The notes under the pieces were generated by a model that searched no databases, had not been told where the DNA came from, and saw nothing but the letters and a program-made list of their open reading frames with translations. Of a DNA stretch of 64,000 nt, positions 53,606-61,844 are shown piece by piece. The stretch covers positions 6,175-70,174 of the forward strand of contig JAUWAU010000022.1 of NCBI GenBank assembly GCA_030601885.1, given 5' to 3'. The translations under genes and the position numbers were made by a program. Position 1 is the first letter of the stretch, and each line of letters starts with the position of its first letter. Source of the stretch: Armatimonadota bacterium (lineage in GTDB: Bacteria > Armatimonadota > Zipacnadia > JAUWAU01).

Positions 53606-54560
53606 GAGGCAGCAGGCCGGCGGGGATCGCCTGGGTTTGCTGTTGGAGTTGGAGCGAAACCTGCGCGAACTGCGACGCCTGCAGCGCCGCGGGGGCACGG
53701 ACTTGCGCGAGAAGATCGTGGATCTGGAGCGCCGCAAGGATGAGTTAACGCCGCGCGTATTCGCCGAGCTGCGCGCATGGGACTGCGTCGCACTTGCCCG
53801 CCACGACGAGCGGCCGTACACGCTGGATTACGTGAGCGCGATCTTTGATGACTTCATCGAGCTTCACGGCGACCGACGCCACCGCGATGACCCGGCCATT
53901 GTGGCCGGGCTGGCCTTGCTCGATGGGCGACCCGTGGTCGTTGCCGGCCACCAGAAGGGCCGCACGGCGCGGGAACGGACGCAGCGGAACTTCGGGATGG
54001 CGCATCCGGAGGGCTATCGCAAGGCGCTCCGAGTCATGCGCCTGGCGGCCAAGCTTGGCCATCCCATCATTACGTTCCTGGATACGCCGGGGGCAGCTTG
54101 TCTCGAGGAGGCCGAGGCACGAGGCATCAGCGAGGCCATCGCCGTGAATCAACGAGAGATGTCGCGTCTGCCGGTGCCCATCGTCGTGGTCGTCATCGGC
54201 GAGGGTGGCAGCGGCGGCGCCATAGGACTGGGTGTAGGGGATCACGTGGCGATGCTCCAATACGCCTATTACTCGGTGATCACCCCGGAGGCCTGCGCAG
54301 CGATACTGTGGCGCGACGGGGAGCGAAAGGCCGAGATGGCGGAGGCGCTGAAGCTCACCGCCGCGGATGCGCTCGAACTCGGGGTTGTGGACGAGATCAT
54401 ACCCGAGCCCGTCGGCGGGGCGCACCGGGCCTACACGGAGATGGCGTCACGCGTCAACGGAAGCATTACGCGTGCCCTGCAGGAGCTGGATCGGCTGGAC
54501 ACAGAAGAGCTCCTGCAGCGACGCTACGATAAGTTCATGCGGATGGGTCGCATGGACTGA
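53595..54560 (+). CDS. accA: Acetyl-CoA carboxylase carboxyltransferase subunit alpha
   Basis: MSNRRQQ...; ARHDERPYTLDY, HGDR, FGMAHPEGYRKALR and FLDTPGA are typical AccA motifs. It overlaps the accD 3' end by 11 nt. Confidence 0.9.
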   Translation: MSNRRQQAGGDRLGLLLELERNLRELRRLQRRGGTDLREKIVDLERRKDELTPRVFAELRAWDCVALARHDERPYTLDYVSAIFDDFIELHGDRRHRDDPAIVAGLALLDGRPVVVAGHQKGRTARERTQRNFGMAHPEGYRKALRVMRLAAKLGHPIITFLDTPGAACLEEAEARGISEAIAVNQREMSRLPVPIVVVVIGEGGSGGAIGLGVGDHVAMLQYAYYSVITPEACAAILWRDGERKAEMAEALKLTAADALELGVVDEIIPEPVGGAHRAYTEMASRVNGSITRALQELDRLDTEELLQRRYDKFMRMGRMD

Positions 54561-54614
54561 CGCGTTGCTGCAGCGTGGCCGTGGGCGCTTTCTGCCGTGG
54601 GTACGACTACGCTG

Positions 54615-54703
54615 TGGTGCCGGAGGTGGGAGTTGAACCCACACGAGACTTGCGTCCCACTGGATTTTGAGTCCAGCGCGTCTGCCAATTCCGCCACTCC
54701 GGC
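54615..54703 (-). tRNA. tRNA-Leu (anticodon CAA), type II with long variable arm, CCA encoded
   Basis: The reverse complement reads GCCGGAGTGGCGGAATTGGCAGACGCGCTGGACTCAAAATCCAGTGGGACGCAAGTCTCGTGTGGGTTCAACTCCCACCTCCGGCACCA. The acceptor stem GCCGGAG pairs with CTCCGGC. The anticodon stem is CTGGA/TCCAG with loop CTCAAAA. The T-loop is GGTTCAACTCC. Confidence 0.92.
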
Positions 54704-54783
54704 GGGGTGGCGGAAGTATAGACCTCGACCGAGCACAGTGTCAAGCACGGGCTTGCCGTCGCCCGGCGCGGGAAAGTGAGAGG

Positions 54784-56037
54784 ATGAAAATGCAGGATGA
54801 GCTTATGAGCGAAGGACAGAAGCCGGCGCCTGAGCAGCCGTTCGTTGGCCCATCGTCACAGGAGGACCCATCGGCGCCGCACGTTGGGCCGCCGCCAGGC
54901 TCGGGCCCAGCGGCGGAGCCGGGGAGTGCGCCCCAACCACCGGGCCCTCCGCAGGCACCGCAAGTGCCGCCAGCGCAGCCGGGGGCTGCTGCCGGCGCCG
55001 AGACGTGGCCGCAGTACTCATACCCGTACCAGTATCAATACCAATGGCCGTACACGTACGGGCAGCAGCCAACGCCAACGCCCAAGAAGAGCCGCACAGC
55101 GCTCATCATCGTTGTGGTTCTCTGCGGCCTGGTACTGCTCGGCGGGCTCATGATCGCTGCGATAAGCATGAGCTCAGGCGGCATTGCGACGCTCGCCAGC
55201 GACTCTATCGCCATCGTCCGCATTCAGGGCATCATCGCCGAGAGCACGGGCGGCGGCCCATTCGGCTTCGGCTACGAATCCGGCACGGAGACCATAGTGA
55301 ACCAGCTCGAGCGCGCGGGCACAGATGCCTCGGTGAAAGCTGTTGTGATCCGGATCAATAGCCCCGGGGGCTCGGCGGCTGCCTCTCAAGAGATCTATCG
55401 TGCCGTGAAGCGTCTGCGGGAGAAGCACGGTAAGCCGGTCGTCGTCTCCATGGGCGATGTGGCCGCCTCCGGCGGTTATTACGTAGCTGCTCCGGCCGAT
55501 CATATCGTGGCCAACCCCGCCACACTCACCGGCAGCATCGGTGTCCTCATGCAGACGATAAACCTCGAGGCTCTGATGGAGCGCTACGGCATCCGCGCAG
55601 ATACCGTCAAGAGCGGGCCCTACAAGGACACCGGTTCGATGTGGCGCAAGATGAGCCCCGAGGAACGGACGTACTGGCAGAGGATGGTGGACGACGTCTA
55701 CGACCAGTTTGTGCAGGCGGTGGTGGCGGGTCGCAAGATGGAGGAGGCCGATGTTAAGAAGCTCGCCGATGGCAGAGTGTTCACCGGCAAACAGGCAAAG
55801 GACAACAATCTCGTGGATGAACTCGGGGGCCTCCGCACGGCCATTGAGGCCGCCAAGAAGCTGGCTGGGATCAAGGGGCGGGTCCAGATCAAGGAGCTCC
55901 GGCGCAAGTCCTTCTTCGAGGAGTTCATGGGCCCGTCGTACCGCACCAAAGGGGACGTCGTGCGGCGTATTCTGGAGTACGAGCGCGCCAATCCGGCGCG
56001 GCATCTGCTGGAGACGCCGCTGCCATATGTTGAGTAG
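54784..56037 (+). CDS. sppA: Signal peptide peptidase SppA (S49, 36K type) with a Pro/Gln/Tyr-rich N-terminal extension
   Basis: VVIRINSPGGSAAAS and MGDVAASGGYYVA carry the catalytic Ser region, followed by GSIGV. There is a single TM helix (ALIIVVVLCGLVLLGGLMIAAI). The upstream part of the track ORF overlaps the tRNA and was rejected. Confidence 0.85.
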   Translation: MKMQDELMSEGQKPAPEQPFVGPSSQEDPSAPHVGPPPGSGPAAEPGSAPQPPGPPQAPQVPPAQPGAAAGAETWPQYSYPYQYQYQWPYTYGQQPTPTPKKSRTALIIVVVLCGLVLLGGLMIAAISMSSGGIATLASDSIAIVRIQGIIAESTGGGPFGFGYESGTETIVNQLERAGTDASVKAVVIRINSPGGSAAASQEIYRAVKRLREKHGKPVVVSMGDVAASGGYYVAAPADHIVANPATLTGSIGVLMQTINLEALMERYGIRADTVKSGPYKDTGSMWRKMSPEERTYWQRMVDDVYDQFVQAVVAGRKMEEADVKKLADGRVFTGKQAKDNNLVDELGGLRTAIEAAKKLAGIKGRVQIKELRRKSFFEEFMGPSYRTKGDVVRRILEYERANPARHLLETPLPYVE

Positions 56038-58803
56038 TTGAGCAGTGGAGTGGTGATCGTGGCGGAGAAGCTGGTTGCCATCGACGGCAATAGTCTGTTG
56101 CATCGGGCGTACCATGCGCTGCCGCCGCTCAGCACGAGCGACGGCGTGCCCACCAATGCCGTCTACGGCTTCGCCCAGATGCTCCTGGGCGTGCTGGAGG
56201 CGGAAGCCCCGGACATGATCGTGGTGGCCTTCGACACCCCGGAGCCCACCTTCCGCCACGAGCAGTACGCGGAGTACAAGGCCAACCGCCCTCCCCTGCC
56301 CGACGACCTCGTGCCGCAGATGCAGTTGGCACACAGTGTCGTCGAGGCCCTGGACATCGCCAGCATAACGGCGCCGGGCTACGAGGCCGACGACGCACTC
56401 GGGACCGTGGCGCGAGCTGCCGAGGCGGCCGGACTCGACGTCGTCATCGTCACCGGCGACCGCGATGCGCTGCAGCTCGTGACCGATGCCACCAGCGTGC
56501 TGGCGACTCTGCGAGGCATTAAGGACACGCGGCGGTACACACCAAAGGTCGTCCGCGAGGAGCATGGCTTGGGTCCCGAGCGGATCGCGGACATGAAGGC
56601 GCTGAGCGGCGATACCAGCGACAACATCCCCGGCGTGCCCGGCATCGGGCCAAAGACAGCCCAGAAGCTGTTGACTCAGTTCGGCACGCTTGAGCATCTG
56701 CTCGAACACCTCGATGAGGTCGAAAGCGAGCGGCTCAGGCGGCGATTGTCAGAGCATGCCGACCAGGCGCGACTCAGCCGAGAACTCGCCACCATCGTGA
56801 CCGACGTGCCGCTGAAGCTGGACTTCGAGGCGTGGCGCGTCACCCAGCGCCGTCCCGAGGGAGCCCGAGCCCTGTTCACCGAGCTTGAGTTTGTCACGCT
56901 CCTGGAGAAGCTGCCAGCCGGCGATTCCGAGCAGTGGCAGGGCGAGTACGGCGTGGTCGAGGACGAGGCCGCAGTTCTTCAGCTTTGCGACGGCGTTCGC
57001 GACGCGGGGCGCATGGGGATCGCTATGTTGGCATCTTCGGAGCCGGCCACAAGGGCCCGACTCGATGGTGTGGCCATCGCCACGGCGCCCGGCGGAGCTG
57101 CGCTCGTTCCCGCGGCGATGTTGGTGGGGGACGCTGCCCAGGGATACACCGGCGCGGACGGCGGCCTGTTCGGCGGGAGGGCTGAAGCGAGCGGCGCGGC
57201 TTGGCGACTGTGCGAACTGCTTGGCGACGCCGATATCGAGAAGTACGGCGACGATCTCAAGCGAACCGCCGTCATTCTCGCGCGGCATGGGGTAGCGTTC
57301 GCCGGCGAGCACTTCGACAGCACCATTGCCTCCTACGCCCTCGCCCCCCAAAAGGCAAGCCACGACCTGGGGCGGTTGGTCACCGAGTACCTCAAGGCCG
57401 AACTGCCGCCGGCGCCCGGCAGGCGGCGGAAGGCAGGCACCGCCGCCGAGCGGGCCGAGGCGGAATCCGAGGACGGGCTCGATCCTGCCACCCGGCGCGC
57501 GTGCGCGGACGCCGATGCCGCCCTGCGCCTTGCAGAGCCCATGCAGGAACGTCTCTCGGCGGAGCACCACGAGAAGCTGTTCGGCGAGGTGGAGATCCCT
57601 CTGCTGCGGATACTGGCCGATATGGAGCTGGCCGGTGTGGCCGTGGAGGCGGACAGGCTTCGGGAGCTGGACGGTCAGATGGGCGGCAAGATCAGGGTGC
57701 TGTCCACGCAGATCCACCAGCTCGCCGGGCAGCCGTTCAATATCGACTCGCCCAAGCAGCTTGCCCGCGTGCTGTTCGAAGAGCTTAAGCTCCCCGGGGG
57801 CAAACGCACCAAGACCGGCTACTCCACGGATGCGGCAGTGCTGAGGAAACTGGCGGCGGAGCATGAGATCGCGCAGAGGATCTTGGACTACCGCAGCTTT
57901 GCGAAGTTGAAGTCCACCTACGTTGACGGTCTGCTGCGGCTCATCGATCCGCAGACGCATCGCGTGCACACGACGCTAAACCAGACGGTTGCGGCCACCG
58001 GTCGGCTGTCCAGCAGCGACCCGAACCTGCAGAACATCCCCATCCGCACAGAATGGGGGCGCGAGATCCGGGCCTGCTTCGTCACTGATCGGCCCGGCTG
58101 GAAGCTGCTCTCGGCCGATTACTCGCAAATCGATCTGCGCGTGCTTGCGCATCTGTCTGAGGACGAAGGTCTGCTCTCGGCATTCCGAGCGGGCGAAGAC
58201 ATTCATCGCCGAACGGCGTCGCAGATATTCGACGTGGCGCCTGAGAACGTCACGTCCGAGATGCGGCGGCAGGCCAAGACAGTGAACTTCGCCGTCATCT
58301 ATGGTATGGGGGCGATGGCGCTCAGCCTGGAGTTGGGCATCAGTCGCGAGCAGGCCGAGGCGTTCATCAAGAGCTACTTCGCGAAACTCCCTGGCGTCAA
58401 GCGCTTCATTGAAACTACGCTGGAAGCGGCACATAAGGACGGCGCTGTGACCACCGTCCTGGGTCGGCGGCGGGAGATACCGGGCCTGCGCAGCGCCAAT
58501 CCCGGCACGCGATCGTATGCTGAACGCGCCGCCGTGAACCATCCCATACAGGGGAGCTCCGCCGACATCATTAAGCTGGCCATGGTCGTTCTGGCAGGGA
58601 AGCTGGCGCAGCCGGGCGGCTCGGCTCGGATGATCCTGCAGGTGCACGACGAGCTGCTGCTGGAGGCGCCCGAAGGCGAGCTGGACGCCATCGGCGATGT
58701 GATTCGCGAATGCATGTCGGGCGCCTATGAACTCAAGGTCCCGCTTGTAGTGGATGTCAAGGTGGGGGATAATTGGCGAGACATGCAGCCCGGCACGACG
58801 TAG
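56038..58803 (+). CDS. polA: DNA polymerase I
   Basis: The 5' nuclease region is LVAIDGNSLLHRAYHAL and SDNIPGVPGIGPKTA. Pol domain motif A is LLSADYSQIDLRVLAH, motif B is RRQAKTVNFAVIYG, and motif C is QVHDELL. The start is uncertain: TTG at 56038 or GTG at 56059. Confidence 0.95.
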   Translation: MSSGVVIVAEKLVAIDGNSLLHRAYHALPPLSTSDGVPTNAVYGFAQMLLGVLEAEAPDMIVVAFDTPEPTFRHEQYAEYKANRPPLPDDLVPQMQLAHSVVEALDIASITAPGYEADDALGTVARAAEAAGLDVVIVTGDRDALQLVTDATSVLATLRGIKDTRRYTPKVVREEHGLGPERIADMKALSGDTSDNIPGVPGIGPKTAQKLLTQFGTLEHLLEHLDEVESERLRRRLSEHADQARLSRELATIVTDVPLKLDFEAWRVTQRRPEGARALFTELEFVTLLEKLPAGDSEQWQGEYGVVEDEAAVLQLCDGVRDAGRMGIAMLASSEPATRARLDGVAIATAPGGAALVPAAMLVGDAAQGYTGADGGLFGGRAEASGAAWRLCELLGDADIEKYGDDLKRTAVILARHGVAFAGEHFDSTIASYALAPQKASHDLGRLVTEYLKAELPPAPGRRRKAGTAAERAEAESEDGLDPATRRACADADAALRLAEPMQERLSAEHHEKLFGEVEIPLLRILADMELAGVAVEADRLRELDGQMGGKIRVLSTQIHQLAGQPFNIDSPKQLARVLFEELKLPGGKRTKTGYSTDAAVLRKLAAEHEIAQRILDYRSFAKLKSTYVDGLLRLIDPQTHRVHTTLNQTVAATGRLSSSDPNLQNIPIRTEWGREIRACFVTDRPGWKLLSADYSQIDLRVLAHLSEDEGLLSAFRAGEDIHRRTASQIFDVAPENVTSEMRRQAKTVNFAVIYGMGAMALSLELGISREQAEAFIKSYFAKLPGVKRFIETTLEAAHKDGAVTTVLGRRREIPGLRSANPGTRSYAERAAVNHPIQGSSADIIKLAMVVLAGKLAQPGGSARMILQVHDELLLEAPEGELDAIGDVIRECMSGAYELKVPLVVDVKVGDNWRDMQPGTT

Positions 58804-59020
58804 AGGAACGGCACGGGGCATCGTCGCTCCGCGGGGCACACTGGGCGCATGGGAGGTGAAGGTATCTGCGATCATGCCGGCGGCACGCGCGCCCAGCCGC
58901 CTGGGTTGGCGTTTGTGTTCGTGGTCATTTGACCTGACAACGATGTATGAGACTCACATTCTTGTTGGCTGACTCGACGCGTGAGTTGGCTCTTCTAACC
59001 AGGAAGGAGCAGGTGACGAA

Positions 59021-60688
59021 ATGCGTTACGATTCTGGCGATGCCGTTGACCGGATACTGGATCCGGAGAGGGCGCTCAAGATTCTGGAGGAGCAGAAACA
59101 GGGGACGAGCGATGATGAGGCAGAGCAGCAGGCGCCGCCGGCCGCCGGTGCTGATGAGCAGCCGGAGCGCGACGACCAGCCCGAAGCAGCCGTGGAAAGC
59201 CAGGACGAACTGGCGGCCGCGGTGCCGGAGGTGCGGCCCGGTCAGATCATCAAAGGCATCGTGGTCCAGACCGGCGACGACGGCGTGCTCGTGGACGTGG
59301 GCCTGAAGTACGAGGGCACTATTCCTATCTATGAGTTCCCCAGCCCGTCGGACGTACCCTCTGTCGGCGCTGAGCTGGACGTGGCCGTCGTCCGGGTCAA
59401 CGACGACGAGGGCACCGTCGTGCTATCCAAGAAGCGCGCCGACTACGAGAACGTCTGGCGGCGCATCCTGGAGGCGAACAAGACGGGCGAAGTCATCACT
59501 GCGATGGTCACGGAGCGGGTGAAAGGCGGGCTGCGCGTTGACTTGGGCATCCAGGGCTTCGTCCCGGCGTCGCATGTGGGCGTGCGCCGGCTGCGGGATC
59601 TGGATCGAATGGTCGGTCGGTCACTGCGGCTGCGCGTGACCGAGGCTGACAAAGATCAAAAGAAGGTCATTCTCTCTCACAGGCTTGTTATCGAGGAGGA
59701 GCGGCGAACGCGGCGCGAGGAGACGCTGGAACGCCTCGTCGAGGGCGGTGTGTTCAAGGGCCGTGTGCGCAACCTCACCGACTACGGCGCCTTCGTTGAC
59801 CTCGGCGGAGTGGACGGACTCTTGCACATCTCCGAGATGTCGTGGACGAGGATCAAGCATCCGTCCGAGGTGCTCAGTGTGGGAGACACCATCGAGGTGA
59901 TAGTGCTCAAGATCGACCGGGAGCGCGGTCGCATCTCTCTGGGCCGCAAGCAGATCCTCCCCGACCCCTGGAAGAAGGCGGCCAAGACTCTCAAAGTGGG
60001 CAGCATCGTGAGCGGTCGCGTCACTCGCGTCGTGCCCTTTGGTGCCTTCGTGCACCTCGAGATAGGCATCGAGGGCATCCTGCCAAATGCCGAGGTCAGT
60101 GAGCGGCGTGGCGTCGAGGCGAAGGACGTCGTCCGGGTCGATGACACCATCAACATCAAGATACTGAACATCCGTCCCGAGGAGCGGCGGATGACCCTCA
60201 GCCTCATCCAGGCGCAGCAGGAGCAGGAGCGGCGGGAATACCGGCAGTACATGCGCGAACAGCAGGCGCAGCGGCCGACCATCGGCGATCTGTACGGAGA
60301 CGCGCTCAAGGAGCATCGCGCTGCTCTGGAGGCGCAACAGGCCGCGAACGATGAAGCGGCGCCCGCCGAGCCGGCGACGGCCGCAGCGGCTGACGCTGCG
60401 CCGGAGGCCGAGGAGCAGGCGGTACCAGCCGAGGCGGCGAGCGGGCCTGAGGAGTCGGAAAAGGCCGGCCCCCCGGAGGCTGAGCCGGCGGAGGAAGCCG
60501 AGGCAGTATCGGTCGCCGAGCCTTCGGCCGAAGCCACCGATCCGGCCGCAGAGCAGAAGGGCGAGGCGGAGCAGGAGTCAGAGGAAGTCGAGGAGCAGAC
60601 GCCGGCAACCGAGCCAGAACAGGAGCAGGACGCGCCGGACGATGCAGCGGTTGAGGATACGGAGCCGACGGAGCCGACCCCGGAGTAG
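59021..60688 (+). CDS. rpsA: 30S ribosomal protein S1 (four S1 domains) with a long acidic C-terminal tail
   Basis: ATG follows GGAAGGAG. S1/OB repeats are GQIIKGIVV, GEVITAMVT, GGVFKGRVRNLTDYGAFVDLGGVDGLLHISE and GSIVSGRVTRVVPFGAFV. The tail is rich in A/E/P. Confidence 0.88.
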   Translation: MRYDSGDAVDRILDPERALKILEEQKQGTSDDEAEQQAPPAAGADEQPERDDQPEAAVESQDELAAAVPEVRPGQIIKGIVVQTGDDGVLVDVGLKYEGTIPIYEFPSPSDVPSVGAELDVAVVRVNDDEGTVVLSKKRADYENVWRRILEANKTGEVITAMVTERVKGGLRVDLGIQGFVPASHVGVRRLRDLDRMVGRSLRLRVTEADKDQKKVILSHRLVIEEERRTRREETLERLVEGGVFKGRVRNLTDYGAFVDLGGVDGLLHISEMSWTRIKHPSEVLSVGDTIEVIVLKIDRERGRISLGRKQILPDPWKKAAKTLKVGSIVSGRVTRVVPFGAFVHLEIGIEGILPNAEVSERRGVEAKDVVRVDDTINIKILNIRPEERRMTLSLIQAQQEQERREYRQYMREQQAQRPTIGDLYGDALKEHRAALEAQQAANDEAAPAEPATAAAADAAPEAEEQAVPAEAASGPEESEKAGPPEAEPAEEAEAVSVAEPSAEATDPAAEQKGEAEQESEEVEEQTPATEPEQEQDAPDDAAVEDTEPTEPTPE

Positions 60689-60690
60689 GC

Positions 60691-61356
60691 GTGGCCATGT
60701 GTGCAAGCGCGCGTGGGGAGGTGTCGGGACAGCGGTCACCGGTTATAATAGGAGTGGTGGGCGAATCCGGCAGCGGCAAGACTGTCGTGCTGGAGATGCT
60801 GAGAGAGCTGGGCGCGGCCACGATCGAGGCCGATGCCATCGCCCGGGAAGTGGTCGCACCGGGATCTCCCGTGCTCAAGGCGATCGGCCGGCGTTTCGGA
60901 CCGGAGTACCTTCGGCCCGACGGATCGCTCGACCGCAAGGCGCTGGGGCAGCTCGTTTTCAGCGACGAGCAGGCGCGCCGGACTCTCAACGCACTCACGC
61001 ACCCGGCCATGCTGTCGCGCATCAAGGCGCGGATCGGTGAGCTGGCCGGCGGCAAGGCCCCACCTGTGACCGTTGCCTTGGAGGCGGCCGTGCTGCGGGA
61101 GATGGGGGCGCTGGACCTGGTAGACGTGCTCATCATGGTGCGTGCGCCGCGCAGCCTGCGACTGCAGCGGATTCGCCGGCGGGACAGCCTGACCGAGGTT
61201 GAGGCCGAGGCGCGTCTGGCAGCGCAGGAAGAGGCCGGCCTGGGGCAGGTGAAGGCGGATTTCGTGGTGGACAATGCCGGCGATATCGCGCTCACCGAGG
61301 AGCAAGTGAGGGCTATTTGGCCGCGCATAAGAACCACCGTGCCGTGGCAGGAATGA
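60691..61356 (+). CDS. coaE: Dephospho-CoA kinase
   Basis: IIGVVGESGSGKTVV is the P-loop. ADAIAREVVAPGSP, ...LNALTHPAM is the typical CoaE pattern. The start is uncertain: GTG at 60691 or ATG at 60697. Confidence 0.85.
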   Translation: MAMCASARGEVSGQRSPVIIGVVGESGSGKTVVLEMLRELGAATIEADAIAREVVAPGSPVLKAIGRRFGPEYLRPDGSLDRKALGQLVFSDEQARRTLNALTHPAMLSRIKARIGELAGGKAPPVTVALEAAVLREMGALDLVDVLIMVRAPRSLRLQRIRRRDSLTEVEAEARLAAQEEAGLGQVKADFVVDNAGDIALTEEQVRAIWPRIRTTVPWQE

Positions 61357-61369
61357 CGGCGCAGATAGG

Positions 61370-61398
61370 TTGCAACAACGGGGTGACTATGCTATAAT
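61370..61398 (+). promoter_or_regulatory. Near-consensus sigma70-type promoter
   Basis: TTGCAA (61370-61375), a 17-nt spacer, then TATAAT (61393-61398). No protein start lies within the next 440 nt or so. Confidence 0.4.
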
Positions 61399-61844
61399 GC
61401 GCCGCGTGGCAACCCTACCCAAACGCGCTAATCGCAGCTCAGTTCGCAGCTCAGTGCAACCCAGGGGACCCTCCCACTCCCAAAGCCTCTGCCGCCGTTT
61501 ACAGACATTTTACATCGGGTTTTCGCGCCCGATACAAGTTGTGGGCACCACGATCACAGGTTGGTCACCCGCAATCGCCTATGACCAGGACTTGGGCGCC
61601 TCGGCTCACGAAGCGGAGGTGACGGGCCTGCTCGCCGGCTCGACGGGCCCGGCGCAGCGCAAGTCTGGTTTGTCGTTTGGTTCGGAAGCAGGGGGCATTC
61701 CTCTGTGCAGACAGCCGTCTGTTGCGTGAGTCCTATGGGACCCGGCTCACTGCGTCTTGCCGTGTGGCCCGGCCCGCAGCGAGCGCGGCGTAGAGTTGTG
61801 CGCATGCCGCTGGTGCGCAGGGCCGGAAGGGAGCGGTATCTCGC

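Noticed and set aside
55174-57969. 511-aa and 406-aa minus-strand ORFs
   Set aside because: They are antisense to sppA and polA, both of which carry unambiguous catalytic motifs.
61660-61700. GGTTCGGAAGCAGGGG, reminiscent of the SRP RNA domain IV (GGAAGCAGC) motif
   Set aside because: The flanks cannot form the conserved helix 8 with its symmetric loop and GNRA tetraloop closure.
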